Shown here: positions 1 to 9,105 of the stretch, piece after piece
Numbering within the stretch: position 1 is the stretch's first letter
Layout of the letters: every line of letters begins with the position of its first letter
From: Histomonas meleagridis 2922-C6/04-290x
Taxonomy: Eukaryota > Protista > Parabasalia
NCBI GenBank assembly: GCA_020184695.1
Contig: JAANOX010000059.1
Coordinates: 62,001-126,000, forward strand
DNA length: 64,000 nt
Reading direction: 5' to 3'
Position numbers and translations under genes: made by a program
The notes under the pieces: generated by a model
Told to the model about the DNA's origin: nothing
The model's input: only the letters and a program-made list of their open reading frames with translations
Database searches by the model: none

Positions 1-1052
1 TGCATCTATAAACGGGAACATAGAAATAGTTAAATTACTTCTAGAACAAAAAGGAATTGATATTAATGTAAAAGATATTTGTTTATTTTGTTGAAAGTTA
101 GTTTTGATCTTTTGATATTTCAAAACAAAATTTGGAAATTATATAAAAAATATTTGACTCCAATTATATGTGCATCTTTAAATGGTTATATAGAAATAAT
201 TAAATTACTTCTTGAACAAAAAGGTATTGATATTAATGCAAAAGATATTTATTCATTTTATTTAGAACTTATTTTAATAATTTTATATTTCAAAATAATA
301 TTTGGAAATTATTATAAATATTTAACACAGCACTTATTTTAGCATCTGAAAAAAGTCATGTAGAAATAGTTAAATTACTTCTTGAACACGAAGGAATTGA
401 TGTTAATGTTAAAGGTATTTTTTAATTTTATTTAAAATTTATTTTAATAATTTTGGATTTCAAAATAATATTTGAAAATTATTATAAATATTTCGAACTG
501 CACTTATTTGGGCATCTGAAAATGGTAATATAGAAATAGTTAAATTACTTCTTAAACAAAAAGGAATTGCTATTAATGCTATAGATATTTATTTTAATAA
601 TTTTATATTTCAAAATAATATTTGGAAATTATTTAAATTATTTAGAACAGCACTTCTGATTGCGTCCGAAAAAGGTTATACAGAAATAGTTAAATTACTT
701 CTTGAACAAGAAGGAATCAATGTTAATTTTAAAGATATTTAATCGTTTTATTTAGAATTTATTTTAATAATTTAAAATTTGAAAATAATATTTAGAAATT
801 ATATAAAAAATTTAGAACAGCACTTATTTATGCATCAAAATGTGGTCATACAGAAATCGTTAAGTTACTTCTTGAACAAAAAGGAATTGACATTAATGCG
901 TCAGATATATATTTGTTTTATTTAGAACTTATTTTAATAATTTAAAATTTGAAAAGAATATTCGGAAATTATTTAATTTGTTTAAAACAGCACATTTTTA
1001 TGCATCTAGAAGAGGTTACAAAGAAATAGTTAAACTAATTAATAATATGTAG
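1..1052 (+). repeat. Tandem array (170-nt period) of 93-nt ankyrin-repeat coding segments separated by ~77-nt AT-rich frame-breaking spacers; runs off the left window edge
   Basis: Seven segments of type TALIYASENGHTEIVKLLLEQKGIDINAKDI. The D codon before each spacer (GGT in unit 3) recurs at 74, 244, 414, 584, 734 and 904. Spacers are 80-156, 250-326, 420-496, 590-646 (57 nt), 740-816 and 910-986. Confidence 0.9.
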
Positions 1053-1253
1053 TTTTTGATAAATCATAAAATTACCCAGGATTTGTTGGGGAAACGGTTA
1101 TAATATTGGTTTTCTGAATAGTATTTCATTCAAATAAAATTATCTATATCAAATATTATTAACCCAAAACTTTTTTATACATTAATAATATTTTGCTTCG
1201 GTTATCTAACAATGATAACCCAACTTTATCGTCGGACTTTTTGAATTCATTTT

Positions 1254-1261
1254 AAACGGTT
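1254..1261 (+). promoter_or_regulatory. M3-like core promoter element AAACGGTT upstream of the kinase-GTPase gene
   Basis: Matches the trichomonad M3 (RRCSGTT) consensus. The same word starts the duplicated copy at ~31192, and related words precede several other genes. Confidence 0.5.
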
Positions 1262-1349
1262 TCAATGACACTTTTTATAAACAATTTTGGAAATTAACAA
1301 CTTTACATTACAAATTAAAAATGCCAAATAAACGTATGTTAACATCCAG

Positions 1350-2810
1350 ATGAAAAAGTACGAAACAATTAAAGTACTTGGAAGAGGAACTTTCGGCGAG
1401 GCTATCCTTGCAGAGCGTAAATCATCAAAGGAAAAGTTTGTTATCAAAAAAATGTATATGCCAATGAAACCAATCGAAAATATCAAAGAAGCAGAAATTC
1501 TAAAAAGTATGAATCATCCAAATATTGTTAAATATGTTGATGGCTTCTGGGAAAAAGAATATCTTTATATTGTTATGGAATATGCAGACGGAGGTGATTT
1601 ATCTCAAAAAATTCGATGTTTTAAAAACAATAGAAAAGAATTCTCAGAAGATGAAATTCTTCATGACTTCATCCAACTTGCATTTGCTATTAAGTACATA
1701 CATGACCGGAAAATCCTTCATCGTGACCTTAAACCACAAAACGTATTTCTTATGAAGGATGGAACAATTAAGTTAGGAGACTTTGGGATTGCTCGACCAC
1801 TTGAAAATACTTATGAATTATGTGCGACAAAATGTGGAACTCCTGGATATTCATCACCAGAAGTATTCTCAGGCGAGCCATATGGTTCTAAAGCCGACAT
1901 ATGGTCATTGGGATGTATTCTTTATGAACTTTGTTGTCTCAAGCCTCCATTTTCTGGTAAAACTTTCGAAGCAATCAATGCGTCAGTGTCGAAAGGCGAT
2001 TTTGAACCGATTCCATCCATATATAGTCAAGACATACAAAAACTTGTGAAGTCAATGTTATCTATTAATCCATCAAATCGCCCAAATATCAATGACATCC
2101 TTAATTATCCAATCGTTAAGTCAAATCTTGAATTATATGTTGATAAAAGATATCTTAATTTCGAAATGAACCATACTGTTATACATGGAAGGAATCCATA
2201 TGACGCGCCAACAGTTATTCCCAAAGAGATCGATGTTAATGTTACAATTATTGGCGATTACGCAGTAGGGAAAACAGATATCATAAAGCGATTTCTGGAA
2301 ATCCCTTATGACACTGAAATGTCTGCAATTTCGAATTCTTTAACAAAAACGATTGAAGTCAATGATTTCACGATAAATATTAAAATTTGGGATACATCTG
2401 GCATAAAAGTATTTCGACATTTGACTAGATTCTATTGTCGCAGTGCAAATATAGTAATTATTGTTTTTTCTCTTGGGAATTGGAATGAATATAATGAAAA
2501 TTCATTCGAAAGTGTTAAAGAATTTTATCAAATGGCTGTTGAGGATAATAAAGACGCAATGATTTGTTTGTGTGGGAATATGAGCGATATTCCTGCCGAG
2601 CAAAGAAGAATTTCTTTTGAAGAAGGAAGAAGAAAAGCGATGGAACTATCAAATGAAGTCGAATACTTCGAAACAAGCGCTGTAACTGGAGATGGAATAA
2701 ATGTAATGTTCGAAGAAATGATAAAAAAGTATTTGGTAAAATTATCAGAAAGAAAAATGCCAAATAATGATAACGAAAAGCAAAAGGATTCAAAATGTAT
2801 AATAAGCTGA
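1350..2810 (+). CDS. NEK/NIMA-like Ser/Thr kinase fused to a C-terminal Rab/Ras-like small GTPase with CaaX box
   Basis: Kinase motifs LGRGTFG, VIKK, HRDLKPQN, DFG and SPE, followed by GDYAVGKT, WDTSG, GNMSD, ETSA and terminal CIIS. Confidence 0.9.
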   Translation: MKKYETIKVLGRGTFGEAILAERKSSKEKFVIKKMYMPMKPIENIKEAEILKSMNHPNIVKYVDGFWEKEYLYIVMEYADGGDLSQKIRCFKNNRKEFSEDEILHDFIQLAFAIKYIHDRKILHRDLKPQNVFLMKDGTIKLGDFGIARPLENTYELCATKCGTPGYSSPEVFSGEPYGSKADIWSLGCILYELCCLKPPFSGKTFEAINASVSKGDFEPIPSIYSQDIQKLVKSMLSINPSNRPNINDILNYPIVKSNLELYVDKRYLNFEMNHTVIHGRNPYDAPTVIPKEIDVNVTIIGDYAVGKTDIIKRFLEIPYDTEMSAISNSLTKTIEVNDFTINIKIWDTSGIKVFRHLTRFYCRSANIVIIVFSLGNWNEYNENSFESVKEFYQMAVEDNKDAMICLCGNMSDIPAEQRRISFEEGRRKAMELSNEVEYFETSAVTGDGINVMFEEMIKKYLVKLSERKMPNNDNEKQKDSKCIIS

Positions 2811-3427
2811 ATTAATAAAAACATTTAAACGATTCTTCTGTTCAAGCAAAAATTTGTTACAAAATCACATTCAATTCCAAATTATGTTTTTGTAAAATAA
2901 GAAAATATAAATGTAATAGAGCTGATAATGTTCTTAATGCATTTAAGTATTACTTTTTATAAGTTGTCATTATTACAATTTAATGCAATTTTCATGAGAA
3001 TAAAAAATGATATTTTTATCAACATAATATTTTCACTTTGATTGTATTTCATCACAATTTATCGTGTAATTGAGTTTTGATAACAATATTTGAATTTCTT
3101 CTGAACTTGTTTCCAATATTACAACTCCTTCAACAATTACTGCTATTCTCCAATAAACATCATTATGTTTAGACATCCATCAACAGGATTATTTCTCCTG
3201 CTTTACTGAACATTTCTTTGATTGTTATGTTTTAAATAAAAATGGAAATTTGTCCAATTAAAATGAAAGAGAAAATGCGAAGAGAGATTTCCTGCTGAAA
3301 CGTTAGAAACAAAATGAACGTTTGAATGTTTTACATTGTTATAATCGATTATAACAATGATATCGTTAAAAAGTTGGTAACGATAAGTAACTGCAATTTT
3401 TCATAGAAACCGAAAGTGTGATCATAA

Positions 3428-3907
3428 ATGAGTAACGAAGACTGCCCAGTTGTCGCTACATTTTTCTCCTTCCTCGGAGTCGCTATTGCTCTTGCCTTCA
3501 CAGCTATTGGTTCTGGTTATGGTACTGCCAAATCAGCTATTGGCGTTTTCGCTGTTTGTTCAATGCATCCTGAATTCATCTATCGTGGTTTAATGCCAAT
3601 TATTATGGCTGGTATCGTCGGTATTTATGGTTTAGTTACTGCAGTTATTATTGCACCAAGCGTTAGACCACCATATCCACTTTTCAGAGGTTATGCAAAT
3701 CTAGCTGGCGGTCTCTCAGTTGCCTTAACAGGTCTTGCTTCAGGTATGTGCATTGGTGTTGCTGGTGATGCTGCTGCTCGTGCTATGGCTGAACAACCAC
3801 GTTTGATCATGGGAGCTATGCTTATTCTCATTTTCGGTGAAGTTCTTGGTCTTTATGGTTTCATTGTCTCAATTATTTTAAGTACAAAGACAGCCAATTG
3901 CGAATAA
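3428..3907 (+). CDS. ATP6V0C: V-type ATPase V0 proteolipid subunit c
   Basis: Four hydrophobic helices; motifs GSGYGTAKS, PIIMAGIVGIYGL and LILIFGEVLGLYG with the conserved Glu. Confidence 0.95.
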   Translation: MSNEDCPVVATFFSFLGVAIALAFTAIGSGYGTAKSAIGVFAVCSMHPEFIYRGLMPIIMAGIVGIYGLVTAVIIAPSVRPPYPLFRGYANLAGGLSVALTGLASGMCIGVAGDAAARAMAEQPRLIMGAMLILIFGEVLGLYGFIVSIILSTKTANCE

Positions 3908-4174
3908 GCAATTCATCATTAAAATTAAATATCAAAAAAAAAATATATACCAAGCCCTATGAGATCGTTTTTCACCTAAAGCCAAGACAAATAGATACGT
4001 TGCTGATGTTTTTTAATTTATCTTTTACAAATATTTTATTTTTTTTGTTGCTTGTTTAGTTTTGAGCGGATATTATCTTAGTTGCAGCCTGCAACTCCAA
4101 AATCTTTCACACCTAACTCAAGAACTGTTATCACCAACCAACGAAAATTAGTGCTTAAAAAAATAAAAAATTTA

Positions 4175-4246
4175 TTCCGATACGGGGAGTCGAACCCCGC
4201 TCCCGTGGATGAAAACCACATATCCTAACCGATGAACGATATCGGA
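4175..4246 (-). tRNA. tRNA-Glu(TTC)
   Basis: The minus strand folds into a cloverleaf: acceptor TCCGATA/TATCGGA, anticodon loop TTTTCAT, T-loop GGTTCGACTCC, followed by a T-rich terminator. Confidence 0.95.
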
Positions 4247-4336
4247 ATTCATTAAAAATGTTATTATATCATATAAGATTTATATTCAAATTTATGATCA
4301 CCCCTCATTTTCACAATGTTTGTTTGAATTCAAAAA

Positions 4337-4561
4337 ATGCTTATTCCAATTCGTTGTTTTTCGTGTGGTCGTATGATTGCTAACAAATGGGCACCATATT
4401 GTGACCTCCTTAGAAATGGTGTTTCGGTTGCTGATGCTCTTCAGCAACTTGGAATAAATAGATTTTGTTGTCGTCGAATGTTCATTACTCATGCTGACCT
4501 AATAGATAGAATGATTGAATATTCACACCCATACATACCTGATGAAGAGTTTGGTCATTAA
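4337..4561 (+). CDS. RPB10: RNA polymerase I/II/III shared subunit RPB10
   Basis: MLIPIRCFSCG ... RFCCRRMFITH zinc-binding signature. Confidence 0.95.
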   Translation: MLIPIRCFSCGRMIANKWAPYCDLLRNGVSVADALQQLGINRFCCRRMFITHADLIDRMIEYSHPYIPDEEFGH

Positions 4562-4719
4562 TTAGTCAATCCATTTTTTATTGTAAACAATTGTTTGTTA
4601 ATAAAACTTCTTTTTTGATATATTTAAAGCCAAAACATATTACAACAAATGATAATGACGAAACACATTTTCATCAGTGAACTCTCAGAAGATTTCACCA
4701 GTGAACAACGATAGAAAAA

Positions 4720-5583
4720 ATGTGTGACTTCACTCGAATGACTGAATTCGTTTTCTCGTGTACATCAGACTCGCCAAAAGCCATTGCCCAATCACTAATT
4801 GCAATTGCTTGGAAGCAACCAGAAAATCAATCATGTTCTGTAAATGTTTCAAGAAATGGAATATTATTCTTAACTGAAGATGTTGGCGTTTTACAAGCAA
4901 ATGTTCTTCTAGGTGCTTCGATGTTTAGACAATATGCATTACTTACTGAAAACGCATATGATTTTCATATTAACTTAACTTCATTGGCTTATTGTTTAAG
5001 CGTATTTACCGAAACAGCATCAACAATAGAATTCAAAGTAGCAGACTCAGAATTGATAATTCAAATTCATGATAGAGGATCTTTAACAGAATGTTCAATT
5101 CGGACAATTCATTATCCGGCTGATCAAAGTAATCAACCAAATCTTTCAGATGCATTCTCATCACTTGATTCACCAGAAGTTGCACAGTTCCAAATAGCCT
5201 CAGCAAATGCACGTGAAATGTTTCGATTTCCAAACGAACAAAAAAACAAATCTGTTGGTATATCAATGTCTATTGACCCAGACGAGAAAACCTTTGGTGT
5301 TCGTGCTGAAGGTGCATATGGAGCTGTTGAGTCAATTATGTTATTTTCACAACCAATCTTGAAACGCATTAGACTCGATTTACAAGAAAAGCTCGTTGCT
5401 CATTATCCTGTTTCGTCCTTAACACCAATGCTCAAAGCAATGTCTATTTCAAATGAGACAAATTTCAAATTTAAGAGCAATGGAATGGTAGCTGTACAAC
5501 AGGCAATAAAAAGTAGTAATGTTTCAGGCAATGATATCTATGTAGAGTTCATCATACAGCCTTCGGAGGAATCACTACTTTAA
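4720..5583 (+). CDS. RAD1: 9-1-1 checkpoint clamp subunit Rad1
   Basis: PCNA-like size. Motifs NGILFLTE..VLQANVLL..SMF..Y, FHINLTSL..CLSVF and a C-terminal VEFII strand resemble Rad1/Rec1. Confidence 0.7.
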   Translation: MCDFTRMTEFVFSCTSDSPKAIAQSLIAIAWKQPENQSCSVNVSRNGILFLTEDVGVLQANVLLGASMFRQYALLTENAYDFHINLTSLAYCLSVFTETASTIEFKVADSELIIQIHDRGSLTECSIRTIHYPADQSNQPNLSDAFSSLDSPEVAQFQIASANAREMFRFPNEQKNKSVGISMSIDPDEKTFGVRAEGAYGAVESIMLFSQPILKRIRLDLQEKLVAHYPVSSLTPMLKAMSISNETNFKFKSNGMVAVQQAIKSSNVSGNDIYVEFIIQPSEESLL

Positions 5584-6054
5584 AAATTATTGTAATTATT
5601 GTTTTAGTGGGAAATAATGTAAATAAAAATTTGTTGTAAATCGTTTTTGTTATGATAGATGTGCTTTAACCAAATTTTAGAAAAAGAAATTTAATTTGCA
5701 AATTCACTTTACTTTTGTTATGTCGAATATTCCAATGGAAAAATAACGTAACAAAAAATTTAGACGAAAAAACAGACATTTGGGCTTGCTAGGATATATT
5801 GAACTGATCGGATTTACGTACAAAAATCTTTTCAAGTCTATTAATTAGCAAAAAGCTTTCTGCTGTAAGTTGTCAACATAAAAAGAGTGTTGTTTGGACG
5901 ATATGTAAGGTTCTGCGTAAAATGGACATATTTTATTTTGGTTTCGATTTTTCACTTTTTCTATGCAAAGCCGTTACTTGAATACAAACAACCGCTGTTT
6001 TGTGAGCTGAGCGGTTAGTGACACTTTTAAAATTGGGATACGTTAAACTTCACA

Positions 6055-9000
6055 ATGAATCAAAAGTCTTTCATTCTTCCTTCAATTATCGAAAAAGGTA
6101 TATATCGAGATAATCCCAAAAGTTATGTTCTTTCAGTATATCCTGAAGAAATCATTGAGAAGACGGCATTACTATATTTAGATTTTATTTCAAGTGCAGA
6201 TTTTACTCAAATATCAGATACACCAGAGAAAGTTTCTTTCTTAATTGAAGTACTTGCTGCAGCTTTATCACTTCCACCAGAACAATTACAAAATCATAAG
6301 AAAGCAATTACTTTTACAAAGAATCTCCTTTCTCATGAATTTTTTAATCCAGACTTTAAAAATTGTTGTGTTGCGAAAATATGTTGTCAAATTTCACAAC
6401 CATTTTTATATACATTTCCAGAATCTAAAAACAAAGAATATTTAGACTATTTATTTTCGATAGTTGATATTTATGTTTCAATTATCATTGATGTTAAAAA
6501 TCTCAATCGGGAAACTTGGATTACATTAATTCAAATTCTTGTTGGCATCACAGATTCCTTAATGAACACGCCAAATCCAAAGGGATCCACCAACAAAAGC
6601 CTTATTTCATTACGTTCTAAATTTCTTGAATGTTTATTCGGTGCTTTATATATGTATCCATATCCTTACGAACGAATATGGACGAAAATTTTTGCGTTTT
6701 CAGCTCAGTGGAGTGTTACAAATGAGTTTACAGTCTTTTGGTGCAAAGTCATATTAAAGACATTTAGTAAATTGTTAAAAGTTGCATATAATGTAGCTGA
6801 TGAAAACACGTTTAATGAACCTATTATACCATTTATTCCTAATGAATTGATTTCTTCTAGTAAGTTACCACTTATATTTTATCATACATTAAAATCATTA
6901 AATTATAAATCTGCAGCGAATGTTCCCGATAATTTTACCAAATACATATCAATGTTATATGACATTTCTAATTTACTTGTTAACGTTGCGATATCAGCAT
7001 CCAAGTCGAAACTTTTTGTTGCGAAATATGACGCATCAGTTTTCATAAGTTTATTTGGCAAATACCTATCGTTCTTCCCTACGATAGAGGATCCAGTTTT
7101 TGATCCGGCGGTTTCCATCAATTTGAATACTTTATTCAGCATTATCAAAAACTTAGATGTAGCTGATTTGAATGAAATTATAATTGGATTAATTACTTCC
7201 ATATTATTATTTGTTAATGAGAAACATCCATTAGTGTTCACATCTTTTTTAGCGTATTCTAATTTAGTATTAGTTACAGGCTCAAAAATTGCACCATTTT
7301 TAGCCAAGTTACAAATCAATAATTTATATTTAATTTCAATTGAACCATTTAAGTTATATTTATCAGATTTATTATGTAACTCAATGACAAATGGATTTAT
7401 ATCAGCGATTGAAATATGTAAAGATGAGAACAAAAACATAAAAGAAGGATTCACATCGATATGGAATTACACGAAAGATTCGATTGACATTTTTGAGTTA
7501 TTATGTTTTTGTAATAGTTTTAAAGATGTAATTTCCATTGATTTGATTTCTAATTTAATTAAATCGAACAAAGACATTACGAAGTTATTAGTGATAATAA
7601 TATTTATCAGTGTTTTGATAAGATATAATAATAATAATAATTTAATTGAAGAAATTTCTTCAAAAAATTTATTGTCACAAATTGTTAATAACTTTATAGA
7701 GATTAAAGTTGATGAAGAAGATAATAATAATTTAATCATTGTAATATTACAAATGTTTTATTCGTTCATTAAATTTAATCCGAAACAATTCACTAAAAAC
7801 AAAAATAACGTAAACGCTTATTTCGATTTGATTAATTGCTTAAATAAAAACTTATTAAACGTTAAAGAGAAAAAACATTGGTTCAATTCAAGACATAATT
7901 ACATTAAATATTTAATATATTGTACACAAATACTTTTCATGACAGGGAAAATAGTTAACGAGAAAATAAATGAAAAAGAGATAATCGAAAAGTTCAAAGA
8001 TAATTATAAATTAAATTGTTTCACGATCGATGACTTGATTTTAATTACTTCAATCGAAAATAACAAAAAATTGGTTTTAATAATTAGAGGAAACTTCGGT
8101 AAATCAATCGTCAAAGTTAAATTACTGAATAACATTAAAAGTTTCGATAATAATTTAATTAATAAAACAGATGAAATTAAAAATCAAAAAATTAATGAAC
8201 CGAAAATTAAAATCGGTTTGAAATCCCCACAAATTAAACCTATCGATGAAGAATACCTTAAAAATTCAAATGAATCATTCGCTAAACAATTTGTAGAAGA
8301 AACAACAAAATGGAATAATTGGAGTGAAATGAATTTCAATATTCCAAACTTGAAATTTGAATCGAAACGATCAAAACTAATTGATTTCTTGATTACAACG
8401 GGGTTACTCGATTCAAATAATTCAAGGAAAATACGGTTTCATAAAGTATCCGATTGCAAGTCGGTTATAAACGGCTTCGATCAAAAAGAAGTGCCGACGG
8501 TTTTGCCGATACCGATTTTACACATTATGTCAAATGATATTAATATCACTAACAATTATGTGATGACAGAATCATTATACAAATTTATACAACGAATTGG
8601 TAATTTAATTGATATAGATGAAACAAATTCGAAACGATTAAATTTGCCAAATCTTAGATGTAAAATACCAACAATTCAAACAGTTAATCACTTAGTTGGG
8701 TTCATAGCACCTGAAATGGCCGCAGAAAAAGAAGAATCGAACGCAATATTCGATTTGAAGGATAAATCAAATGTCATAATTTTGTTCAACGAGACAAAGT
8801 TCCAGCTGAAGCCGCAACAGGAGCTCAAGAACAAAATCGTTTTCGTCGTTACGCCCATTTTCGAGGCGTTGTACTCCGTCAGTTTGATGGAGAAAGTGAA
8901 CAACATCAAACTGCCGATCGTCGAGCCGATGGTAATGTCCGCGAAGTCGATTGTGTTCTTGCTGGCAGTGACGTTCGAGCAGCTGCTGCCGTGTAAGAAC

Positions 9001-9105
9001 ATGAGAACGAATTTGATGTGCAGAACAAAGTTCAAAACAATGTGCGAGGAAAAATTTGATCAGAATTTGTTGTTTAGGATTGCAGAGAATTGGGAAATCG
9101 AATAA
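6055..9105 (+). CDS. Large protein with a degenerate C-terminal Rap/Ral-GAP-like domain (RalGAP/tuberin-like)
   Basis: 1016-aa ORF with a helical N-terminus. The C-terminal FIQRIG...VGFIAPEM...VIILFNE...IVFVVTP...YSVSL pattern follows RapGAP secondary-structure order. Confidence 0.5.
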   Translation: MNQKSFILPSIIEKGIYRDNPKSYVLSVYPEEIIEKTALLYLDFISSADFTQISDTPEKVSFLIEVLAAALSLPPEQLQNHKKAITFTKNLLSHEFFNPDFKNCCVAKICCQISQPFLYTFPESKNKEYLDYLFSIVDIYVSIIIDVKNLNRETWITLIQILVGITDSLMNTPNPKGSTNKSLISLRSKFLECLFGALYMYPYPYERIWTKIFAFSAQWSVTNEFTVFWCKVILKTFSKLLKVAYNVADENTFNEPIIPFIPNELISSSKLPLIFYHTLKSLNYKSAANVPDNFTKYISMLYDISNLLVNVAISASKSKLFVAKYDASVFISLFGKYLSFFPTIEDPVFDPAVSINLNTLFSIIKNLDVADLNEIIIGLITSILLFVNEKHPLVFTSFLAYSNLVLVTGSKIAPFLAKLQINNLYLISIEPFKLYLSDLLCNSMTNGFISAIEICKDENKNIKEGFTSIWNYTKDSIDIFELLCFCNSFKDVISIDLISNLIKSNKDITKLLVIIIFISVLIRYNNNNNLIEEISSKNLLSQIVNNFIEIKVDEEDNNNLIIVILQMFYSFIKFNPKQFTKNKNNVNAYFDLINCLNKNLLNVKEKKHWFNSRHNYIKYLIYCTQILFMTGKIVNEKINEKEIIEKFKDNYKLNCFTIDDLILITSIENNKKLVLIIRGNFGKSIVKVKLLNNIKSFDNNLINKTDEIKNQKINEPKIKIGLKSPQIKPIDEEYLKNSNESFAKQFVEETTKWNNWSEMNFNIPNLKFESKRSKLIDFLITTGLLDSNNSRKIRFHKVSDCKSVINGFDQKEVPTVLPIPILHIMSNDINITNNYVMTESLYKFIQRIGNLIDIDETNSKRLNLPNLRCKIPTIQTVNHLVGFIAPEMAAEKEESNAIFDLKDKSNVIILFNETKFQLKPQQELKNKIVFVVTPIFEALYSVSLMEKVNNIKLPIVEPMVMSAKSIVFLLAVTFEQLLPCKNMRTNLMCRTKFKTMCEEKFDQNLLFRIAENWEIE

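Noticed and set aside
1-1052. CRISPR-like repeat-spacer array
   Set aside because: Both alternating parts are homologous between units, the longer part encodes ankyrin repeats, the genome is eukaryotic and no cas genes are present.
1215-1245. Similar word CAACTTT(C)ATC.TCGGA.TTT at ~1220 and ~52905
   Set aside because: A short imperfect match with opposite orientation relative to the adjacent genes and no further alignment.
4704-4716. Identical 13-mer AACAACGATAGAA upstream of RAD1 and eL43 (21456-21468)
   Set aside because: Only two occurrences of an A-rich word at different distances from the ATG; a chance match is plausible.
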